Source of the DNA: Jimgerdemannia flammicorona
Taxonomy: Eukaryota
Assembly: GCA_003990765.1 (NCBI GenBank)
Contig: RBNJ01000300.1
Span: forward strand, 1 to 33,791
Direction: 5' to 3'
Length of the DNA stretch: 33,791 bases
The notes under the pieces are model-generated. The model saw only the letters and a program-made list of their open reading frames with translations. It did no database searches and was not told the DNA's origin. This document shows positions 24,941-33,791 of the stretch, piece by piece (within the stretch, counting starts at the first letter, position 1; each line of letters begins with the position of its first letter). The position numbers were made by a program, and so were the translations under genes.

Positions 24941-25030
24941 GGGTGGGGGTGACATTGTATTGTTAGAATTATAGACATCAGTAATAAAGGGCAGTCCAAG
25001 GGACTATAAAAAAAAAAAAAAAAAAAAAAA

Positions 25031-25046
25031 GGGTTTGGATGGGAAT
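25031..25046 (+). repeat. Target-site duplication of element D, right copy
   Basis: Identical to 19235-19250. Confidence 0.96.
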
Positions 25047-25929
25047 TGGGTATACTGCATCACTGGCAAAGGGTGGGTTTCAGAGTTCTGAAATCCCCTG
25101 CACTCGTCTCACTTTTTTTTTACTCCTCCCCAGATAAATCACACTCTTTGCCAACATACTCTTTTTGATACAAATCCAGGAATGCACAAGATTCTATACC
25201 CCTATCAGAACTTTAAAAGTGCTGTCAAAGAGCAAACTGTGTGTAAGTATGACATGGCCTGTGCTGTGATGATGGCTATGATCTGGGATTCTTTGAGCAG
25301 ATTGATAGAGTATATGGCAGACCAGCTTGGTAGTGATCTTGGCACAGCTATACATATATTCTTAGTGTAATTTAGCATGCCATATAAGATGAGAAGCTCT
25401 GCTTTTTTGGGGTGCTGTAGCCAGGGGGGTTCCTGTGGCCCAGGGGGTTTCTGCAGCCCAGGGGTTTTCTGCCCCCTACATACAAAAAGGACTGACCAGT
25501 TGCCATCTGTTTTGGCAGGTTTCCAAGCCAGGACTCTCAGGGCTGGACTAAGGGCAGGCATCCACCAGTACAGCCTGGCAGTATGAGGTTCTGGGCCAAG
25601 GGTTCACCTAACTGTATGCTTGTATCACATCAGGATATATTGGGCACAACCTTTCTCTGCCCATATATACAGACAACAAGGTTACCCTGGTAATGTTTTA
25701 TATCTTGAAAAGGAAGGGCCCAACCTGGAAGGATAGTGGCAGAGTCTGATATAACCTCACCTATGATTTCAGGGTCCCATTTGTAGCCAACACAGCTATT
25801 CTCTTCTAACCACATGACCACTATGGTACTGTCGCCTTCAAGGTGAGCTCAGACACAACAGTCGTTGCACTCACAACAGATGATAGGCTCATTAACGCCT
25901 TGGACCAGTAGGTGGAGCAGTTTTTGTAA
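25047..25929 (+). pseudogene. TET/JBP-like 2OG-Fe(II) dioxygenase pseudogene, 3' segment with the catalytic domain and two introns
   Basis: GYTASLAKG, then phase-1 intron 25073-25179 (GTGGGT..CCAG), then MHKILYPYQNF..KYDMACAVMMAMIWD..FLV*FSMPYKM.., then intron ~25588-25633 (CTAAC at 25608), then GYIGHNLSLPI-YTD-NK..DSGRV*YNLTYDFRVPFVANTAILF*PHDH-YGT-VAF..VVALTTDDRL. YTD and YGT are each one C>T change from HTD and HGT. Confidence 0.68.
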
Positions 25930-26111
25930 GGGTTACACAATCTTTCATGAGGGATAGGTAGTCTTTCATGAGGGTTAGGCAGTCATTTTGTGTGGGTTGG
26001 GCAGTCTTATATAGGAGGTTGGGCCAGGCACCTCTTCTGTAGCACTAGCTTAACTGTTATACAGGGCCCTACTGGCCCCTTGGCTCTGCTGGAGCCTGAA
26101 TCTGTAGTGGA

Positions 26112-26190
26112 CTTTGACTGCTGGAAACACCCTCTGATCACCAGAAGTACCCTCCGACCACCAGAAGTAGCCTCTGACTGTCAGAAGCAC
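26112..26190 (+). repeat. 20-bp tandem repeat, ~4 copies
   Basis: CCAGAAG(T/C)ACCCTC(C/T)GACC(A/G)-type units. Confidence 0.8.
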
Positions 26191-26217
26191 CCTCCAACCC
26201 AGACTCCTTGGTGGCTT

Positions 26218-26850
26218 GGGGTTGCCCCTATGCTGCTGGCAGGGGGCTACAAATTTGTATGCTCTCTCTGTCTGCTCTGCCCATCCCAGACACTTGTGGC
26301 TTAGGGCTGCCCCTTGCTGTCAGCAGAGGGCTACAAATTTTGCATGCTCCCTCACCAACCCCATGCCCATGAACCCCACCAACCAATCCTGCCCACTGAC
26401 CTGGGTACTGATAGCTTGGGGCTACCCCTCACTGCTGGTGAAGGGCTGCCAATTTTGTGCACTCCCTCTGCCTGCTCTGCTTATCCTGGATTCTTGCAGC
26501 TTTGGGCTGCACCTTGCTGCCAGCAGAGGGCCACAAATTTTACACACTCCCTCTGCTGATCCCATGCCCATCAACCCCACTGACCGACCCCACCCACTGA
26601 CCTGGGTGCTGACAGGGGCTGCCCCTTGCAGCTGGCAGAGGGCTACAAGTTTTGCACACTCCCTCTACCAATCCCCCTGATCAGGACACTTGTGGCTTGG
26701 GGCTGCCCCTTGCTGTAGGCAGAGGGCTGCAAATTTTATATGCTCTCTCTGCTGACCGGCCTACCAACCCAGGCACTGACAGCCTGAGGCTGCCTCTTGC
26801 TGCTGGTGGAGGGCTACAAACATTGCATGCTCCCTCTGCCACTGCCCCCA
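26218..26850 (+). repeat. Seven copies of a ~50-bp quasi-palindromic core with alternating linkers (higher-order ~200-bp repeat)
   Basis: Core GGGCTGCCCCTTGCTGCCAGCAGAGGGCTACAAATTTTGCACACTCCCTCTG starting at about 26219, 26304, 26419, 26504, 26616, 26700 and 26787. Confidence 0.9.
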
Positions 26851-26995
26851 ACCCTGCTGACTGCTGCCCACTTGGGCCACAAACTCCAGGCTGAGTTCTA
26901 AGGGTTTTTTACCTTTTTATTATTATTTTTGAAAGGTATTAAATTTTCTACAAGGCCAATCAACTTATCTGCAAACCCCCTGGACCTACTGAATT

Positions 26996-27896
26996 TTAGT
27001 GGCCTGAGCCCCACCAAGACTTCAGACACATACACATTCAGATTGTCTCAGCATTCAGCACACACCTCTTTGGGGCAATGAGATCCATCCCACCTGAGAA
27101 CACCTGCTCAATGAGAGCACTGGAGGTAGGAATTGCCAGGTAGTCCCAAGCCATACTACACAGGCTGGGGAAGTCCATTTGATATAGCTGCATGCTCTGG
27201 TAGATAGAGTGGTGGATAGAGCAGTGGTTAGATTGGTGGGTTAAATTGGCCCAACACCTATCTGACAACTCACCTTCCACTAGTTGAGCACCTCCATGCC
27301 CTCCAGCAGGATCATGTAGTCACTGGCAAGGTAAATGGGAAGTTCATCTATTGATAGCAGCTCTTCCACTGATGGCTCCCTCTTCCTCTTTCTGCTGAAG
27401 TAAATGTGGGACAGGAGGGATCCCTTGACATATTCATCCAGACTTCGGCTGGAACCTTGTGGCAGCACGTAGTTTTTATGGTACACTTCGATTATGGCCT
27501 ACTTGGTTCTCTCAATGAAGTGCTGCTCCCAGCCCTAATCTTTATGGTATTGTAGCTTTAAGCATAGGTCTAGCACTGTTCAAAAGAGAGGAGAGAGTGA
27601 GTTTTTACAGGGATTTCTCTGTTTTAGAAAGAGCAATGGCCATATGCCAACATCAACATACCTGTACTGATTGAGTATATGGCAGTATCTGTTTGGGAGT
27701 AGTACTAACTGAGCTTGCTAAGAGTAACCTCTATGGCATCTCTCTGATCCAGGCTTAACTGTAAATCACCACAACCCTCCAGCCTATCCTCAAGCTTGTC
27801 CTCTAGCCAGTCAATCAGAAGGTTGTATACTGGTATTGCCAAGCTTATTGTTGGGGTTGTTTGTTTGACTATATCCTTCATACAATCATCAAAACA
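26996..27896 (-). pseudogene. hAT-superfamily transposase pseudogene, C-terminal half including the hAT dimerisation domain, with two introns
   Basis: Spliced translation: CFDDC..PTISLAIPVYNLLIDWLE..KLS*YYSQT..YSIST|VLDLCLKL (LDPRxK) ..ELPIYL..VLN*WK|LYQMDFPSLCSMAWDYLAIPTSSALIEQVFSGG..KRCVLNAETI*MCMCLKSWW. Introns at 27661-27576 (GTATGT..ACAG) and 27273-27188 (GTGAGT..CTAAC..GCAG). Confidence 0.92.
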
Positions 27897-28012
27897 CTGG
27901 CAGTTATATGTGGTGAGACAGAGACTTGGTCATCTTTCTCCGGTACCATTCAGGTTACACAAACTTTGTAAGGCACTCATGACATCGTTTTTGGAGTAAA
28001 GAGACTAATAAC

Positions 28013-30037
28013 ATAACAACCGATAGGCAAGCTGAGGTACATACTGGGCAGGGTGGCCCAAGTGCTTTCAAATGACAGTAAGTTGGGAGGGGCCCAGACC
28101 TGGGAGGGGGTATGAGGGGGCTGCTGGCAGGAGGACAAGGAAGGGGTGGAGGTACTAGTAGAGGACAGGGGTCTGGAAGGGCAAGCTTTGCAGAGATGGT
28201 GAAGGAGAGGCAACATGTATCAGGGCTGAAGGGCTGGCTGAGGAGGGACAAGGAGACCGAGATGGTGGCAGTGCGTGGGGGAGTAGCCCTTGGAAGAGGG
28301 AGCAGTGAAGCTGGGAGAGTAGTGGCTGGGGGGAGTGTGACTGCTGATAGTGATGGGACTGCTAATCTGGAAAAAAATCTAGATGTGACGTCTGTTGGTG
28401 AGGCTGAGCAGCTGGGGCTTGGAAGACAAGGGGATTTGGTGGATGGCATGATAGGTCTGGCAGTCGCCCCATTACTCAAGAAATCAATCTCAGCATTCAC
28501 GGTTACACTGTGCTTCCGGGGCCTAGTGGTGACAGTGAAAATAGTACTGGGGCTTATCACTAAGCAAGTGGTAGGAGCTGCTTCTGTGAAGTTTCTGAAG
28601 GAACTGGAGGGGGTGGAGGTGGGTTTTGAGGAGGCTGAGCTGCTGGAGGAGGCACTGAAGGTTGGGTTGGTGGTTGGGAAGGTTTGTGTCCTGATGGCGA
28701 GGTGTTTGAAATGGGATCCAAGGGTAGTCTAACTGCTGGTGAAAGGAGTGCCCATGGTGATGGCAATGGAGATGAGAAAGAGAGTTGAGGATGTCATGGC
28801 AGAGTATAGAGAGGTGGTGGATATCGGATTCAGAGTCTGGAAAGGGACCATGCTCAGGACTGGAGATGTGGATGTGAGGATTCAGCTAGCTGGGAAAGAA
28901 GTGACTGAAAAGGCGAGGGACTGGCCTTCAGTAATGGTTTGAGGAGCGATCTTGTGTAAGGTGATGAGGGTGAAAGGAAGTGAAGAGGAGGAAGAGAATT
29001 TATTAGAAGCGCTGGAGGAACTGGATGGGGCTGTAGTGCAGTGAGCCAAGGTCTGGAAGGCTTTCATGGAGTCGATGCACCTGGAGGTGGTGGATGGAAA
29101 GAGGATTCGAGTGGACAAGGTGCAGTGGGAAAGGGCTCAGGGGCAGAAGAGACAGAAGGATCTGCTAGCTAAACTGAAGGGCAGATCACAGAAGGATGCG
29201 AGTAAGGAGACGAGTGTGGAAGGGGCCAAAGTGAGCATCTGGGCTGGCAAGAGGAGTGGGAATGATGGGGTGGAGACAAGGAGGGCAAAAGAGGTGAAGA
29301 TTATCGACCCATATGCTGATGGCACCTTAGAGGTTTGGGAGGAGGTCTGGGAGAACTCTCCCACTCCTTCTCTGCTTGTCAGGTGTGGCCCGGCTTCCAG
29401 AAACAAGACTGGGGAGGATGTGATGATGCTGGGGACCCAGCAGGTGAAACTCAGCATTCCGGAGATAGTGAAGGGGGGTCATGTAGTGGCAGCCAGGGAG
29501 GAGGAACTAGTGGATATCCTGGAGGTGTGGGATGAGGATGCAAGTGCCGGAGCTGACACCACAATGCTGGATGGAAGGAGGTTGGTGACCCCAGGTGGGA
29601 AGGAGGTGGGGAACCTACTTTGGATGTCCAGGATGATGAATAACCTGGTGGCAGAAGAGTTGGGGGAGGTGGACTTGCATGGGATGGGTGATGAGCACTG
29701 GGCAAGAATTTTGCAGGGGGAAGGAGTGGTGATGGCACTGAAGGTGGAAATCTTCATGGTGTATCTGGAGGAGGAAGGGTATGAGGTAGACAAGGAGAGG
29801 GAGGCAGAGATGGCAGTTGTCACTGGGGAGAGGGCTGAGTACTTTTGGAACAAGCATCATGAGTTACAGCTTTGGCAGGAGATATACATCGAGTACAGAG
29901 AGGAGTTTGAGGAGAAGGCCGATGAGGAGATGAATGAGCTGCTGGCTAGATTGGAGGCTCAGAGGGCTGAAGAGGAGGAGGTGATAGCAGAATATAATCT
30001 GGACATGGTACAGGAGGAGATGAGCATAGAGCAGTAG
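28013..30037 (+). pseudogene. Element E ORF1, disrupted by in-frame stops
   Basis: ORFs 28112-28732, 28739-28942 and 29066-30037 are in one frame; the start is inferred from ATA at 28013. Confidence 0.88.
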
Positions 30038-30067
30038 AGATCAACTGAGAACAAATCATATTTCATT

Positions 30068-33000
30068 ATGAACAGTACAACCAACATTTTTTCTTTGAAC
30101 ATGAATGAGCTAAGGGGCACTGTTAGACATAGGAACATTTTTATTTGGCTGAAGGGATTGGAGGCCAATCTCTTCCTCTTGCAGGATGTCGGATGTGAGG
30201 ATGACTCTGATAGGATGGATTAGACAAAGGAATGGGGTGGCTTGGCGATTTGGAACAGCAAGGTTGGGATTCTGGTTTGGAAAGACAGAGGGGAGATAAG
30301 AGATGTGAGGAGCTGGGGGGAGAGACTGGTCTGGGGTGAGTGGATTTGTGCAGGCTGGGAGCCAGTTACAGTTGGCTCCTGTTACTGCCCTACTGTAGGG
30401 GGGGAGTATGTAGATTGGGTGAAAGGGCTCCAGGAGAGTGGGATCCTTGATGAGGCTGGGGTGGATATGCTTGGAGGAGATTTCAATATGGTTTGGGATG
30501 TACAGTTGGATAGAACTGATGGAGGACGGGATACTGAGAGCAGGAGTGGGGGGCTAGTGATGTGGGAGGAAGTCAAAAGACTAGGAGCACTGGTTGATGC
30601 TGGTAGGGAGTACTGGGGGGATAGGAGGGTATATATGCATTGGGCTGGAGGCCTGGGGACAAGAATTGACTGGATTCTAATGGCCAACTATTGGGGCCAC
30701 CATGTTTGGAAGATGCTGGAGGTGGAATAGTGTCCATGGTCGGATCACTGGGGCCTTTTGGGACAGGGGTGTTTTGGGGGAAGTGGAGATGGGTCTGGAT
30801 ATTGGCACCTAAATTCCTCCTTGTTAGATGATGTGTCCCAGTGGGAGGAGTGGGCTAAAGACATTCAGCTGAAGTTGGAGAACTAGCAGCAGGAAGGGGC
30901 CTCAATTGGGGTTTGGTGGATGAGGATGAAAGAGATGGCCAGGATGTACTGGAGTGAGGCTGGCAGAGAGGCTGGGAAGCAGTGAAGGCAGAGAGTTCAT
31001 TGGGCTTCTACTAGATTGGCTAGGCTCCTGGAGGAATGGGTGAGACTGGCAATAGTGGAGGAAGAAGAGGATTGGAGAATAATGAGGGTGAAGATGGAGG
31101 TTGGGGAACTACAACAGGTGCTGCAGGAAGAGGAAGAGGCAAGGATACAAGGTCTGGTGGCATGACTTCATTAGCAGGGGCTAGAGGAAGGGGAGAGGCC
31201 CTCCAAGTTTCTCACAAGGGTACTTAGGGCGAGAAGGGTACAGCAGCAGTGGGAAGGGGTACTTGACTTGGATAGTGTACTAGTGCATAGTGTACAGGAT
31301 ATCCTTGGATCACTGAAGGAGTGATGGAGTGGATTGTGGAGTGAGGAGGAGGGTGGGACAGATGCTACAGCCATTGACTGAACTGTAGAGGATTGACACC
31401 CACTACAAGTTGAGGGACTAGATGACCTGGTAATGCCTGTAAAGGAGGATGAGATCCACCAGATTCTTGCCACAACAGCCTCAGGTATGGCACCTGGGGA
31501 GGATGGCCTACCCTGGGACTTCTGGAAGCGAATGGTTGGAGTCCCAGGCATGTTGCAGGAGCTGACAGCAATGTGTGACCTTATATTGCAGTCAGGGAGA
31601 TGGGTGGGGGAGCTGGATCTTGGGCTGGTGATACTGCTTTATAAGAACAAAGGAAGGCGAGAGGATTGGAAGAACTGGCAGCTGATAATGTTGCTAGATA
31701 TGGACAGAAAGTTGGTGACTAAGGTGGTGGTTGCGAGGCTACAGAAGGTAGCCCAGCAAATTGTGGGTGTTGAGCAGAGGGGCTTCGTAGGGGGTCAGCT
31801 TATTAGAGATGGCACAGTCTGGGTATATGGAGTTATTGAAGGTGCTAGAGCCTGTGAACTGGATGGGCATTTTGTCTTCTTGGACCAGGAGAAGGCTTAT
31901 GACTGGGTGTGACAAGTCTGGCTGGTGAAGGTATTGGATAGAATTGGGATTCCAGCCCGATTTCAGTTGGCAATGGTCAGCCTACTGGAAGGGAGTAGGG
32001 CTGTGCTCATGTGTAATGGGCATAGAGGGGTAGCATTCCCTCTGGGTAGGGGAGTTCCCCAGGGGGACCCCCTGTCCCCCATTTTGTATGCCCTTTCCTT
32101 GAAACCCTTAATGGACAGAATTCGGTAGAGGATAGTAGAGCTCTCTATCTATGGCATTGGCTGGAAAGTTGGAGCCTTTGCAGATGATATAGTGGTTGGT
32201 TTGGAAGTGATTGCTGATGTTGAGGAGCTCAAGAAGACAGTGGAGTGATATAAGGAGTACTCTGGGGCAAAGCTGAATTGGCATAAGTGTGAGACAATGG
32301 TGCTGGGCAACAGCCTGGTGGGAGGAGAAGTTATTGGAACAATTGTCCCCACTGGTGAGGTAGTGCAGTACTTGGGCATCTATTTGTCAGTCTATGGGTC
32401 TGTTCTGCCCAGGCTGTAGTGGAAGCAGTGAGTTGGAATTTGGGAGGAGGACCTGCGGGGCTGGAGGAGAAGACACTTTTCTCTGGCAGGAAGGATCTTG
32501 ATTTTGAATGTATACTGGCTGCCGAAGCTGTGGTATTTGGCTTATCATCTGGACTTCCCAGCCTGGGTGGTGAAGAGATTGGTGAAGGTGGCCAAGGGAT
32601 GGATTTGGGCTGCCAGATGGAGTCAGATCAGTTGGGAGACCTTGTCCCTACTGGTGGTGATTGGTGGTCTTGGACTGGTGGACTTTCCGAAATGACAACA
32701 CTGCTTGAGGGCATGGTGGCTTAGGAGTGCAGTGGAGTTGCATGGAGGGGGTTGGGTTTCCCTGCTGCAGAAAGTCTGGGAGAGGCAGACATCACCAAGA
32801 GGCTCAACTGGTGATCTTCTCTCATTAGTTGGTCTTCAGAATACTGCACAATTGTGATATAAAGGTTTCTGGTGGGAGATAGCAGAGGGGGCACACTGCA
32901 TTGGTCTTTGCTGGCAAGGGAATGAGGGGGAGAGGGCTTGGGACCTGGAAATATGGAGATGGGATGGTGTTCTGCTGGGCATCATACCTTTACTTGAGTT

Positions 33001-33728
33001 TGACATTGGTGATGGAGTTGAATACCAAAGGGAACTGGGCCAGGATCTGTGGCCTAGTGGTTGGCAAGGAGTTGGAATTGGAGAGGAGTGGGACTGGCAT
33101 GGTGTTTGGACCTGGAGTACCGCAGTGAGAAAATAGATGCCACCAAAGTACTGGGTGATCTGGTGGCATATGCTGAGGAAGAATGTGATGCTCAACTTCC
33201 ACTCAGAACACCTTATCATGGGGGGTTGCTTTGACTGTGAGGAGTGCCATAATGTAGGGCAGGAAGGGGGATTTGTACAGATGCCAGAACATTGGCTAGG
33301 AGAGTGTGAGGTGTTGGGAGACTTTTGGTGGGCCATTGGGGACCGCTTGGGGGTGAGGCATAGGGGAGATGATGTATGGGGGCAGTGGGAGGACCTGAGG
33401 GATTGATTGGTAGGAGGGGTAGGGGTGGAGTGGATTACCTTAGGCTGGGCGTTGGCTATTTAGATTGGGCTGACCAGTCACTGGCTATTTGTTTTTGAGG
33501 AGGGGAGGTGACAGAGCTTGGGGAGCTAGTTATCATGGTGGCAGTGCCTTATGGAGGACACCTTGACAGGCTGGTGGCTTGGTTGGGGGCTACAGGGGGG
33601 TCAGAGGTGCCACTTGGTGGAGAAAATCTGTAGTCAGAGTGGTGGGAGAGTTGGAGTCATTGGTGAGAGGGTGGTCTTTATCCATGAAGAGGTGGGGAGG
33701 GGCCCCCCTATGGGGATTGGATAGTGAG
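30068..33728 (+). pseudogene. Element E ORF2: APE, RT and CCHC finger, disrupted
   Basis: MNSTTNIFSLN, GGDFN, TRIDW, APGEDGLP, FLDQEKAYD, GVPQGDPLSP, GAFADD (32171-32188), YLG and CEEC..HWLGEC. Confidence 0.93.
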
Positions 33729-33791
33729 TGGTGATATTGTATACTTATTCATAGACTGGTAATAAAGACGGAGTCCAAGTGACTATAAAAA

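Larger units (their letters stand above)
19251..25030 (+). mobile_element. Element D: full-length degenerate L1/Tx1-like non-LTR retrotransposon
   Basis: 5' motif at 19254, ORF1, ORF2, AATAAA-hairpin, poly(A) 25008-25030 and a perfect 16-bp TSD. Confidence 0.96.
27928..33791 (+). mobile_element. Element E: full-length degenerate L1/Tx1-like non-LTR retrotransposon, same subfamily as A
   Basis: 5' motif 27931-27965, ORF1, ORF2 and AATAAAGACGGAGTCCAAGTGACTATAAAAA at the window end. The 5' boundary is uncertain by a few bp and the right TSD copy is outside the window. Confidence 0.94.

Noticed and set aside
25630..25821. 63-aa minus-strand ORF
   Set aside because: It is antisense to the plus-strand frame that carries the dioxygenase motifs.
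25843..25848. GTGAGC as a splice donor ending the catalytic exon
   Set aside because: The frame continues with a plausible final strand (VVALTTDDRL), so no intron is needed, although one is not excluded.
26218..26850. CRISPR-like repeat-spacer array
   Set aside because: The linkers are related to each other and alternate in length, the cores are ~50 bp and degenerate, there are no cas genes, and the context is eukaryotic.
27690..27707. GTTTGGGAGTAGTACTA as the partner TIR of 17748
   Set aside because: The match is poor and lies inside the hAT coding exon (YYSQT).

Overview
Eukaryotic, most likely fungal (short GT..CTAAC/CTCAC..YAG introns), repeat-dense window with no intact host gene. It holds four near full-length (~5.8 kb) degenerate L1/Tx1-like non-LTR retrotransposons (ORF1, plus ORF2 with APE endonuclease, RT and C-terminal CCHC finger). 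A (<1-11608, minus) is interrupted by B (2250-8067, minus; 12-bp TSD). D (19251-25030, plus) has a 16-bp TSD. E (~27928->33791, plus) sits in an intron of a hAT transposase pseudogene. All four share a 5' motif, and B, D and E share a 3' AATAAA-hairpin-poly(A) end. 11.6-17 kb is an extremely AT/TpA-rich, RIP-like relic zone containing a duplicated ~1 kb relic, a probable 1.3 kb solo LTR and a Ty3-type protease relic. The most interesting signal is not visible in the ORF track. Removing element D and splicing two introns rebuilds a pseudogene (18868-25929, plus) with the motif layout of fungal TET/JBP-like 2OG-Fe(II) dioxygenases (GYxA ... [H]xD ... GG-aromatic ... NT ... [H]GT). It lies tail-to-tail with the hAT transposase and downstream of a hAT-like terminus at 17748, which suggests a hAT element carrying a DNA-modifying dioxygenase. 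Family calls come from motif recognition by eye; no database searches were run.
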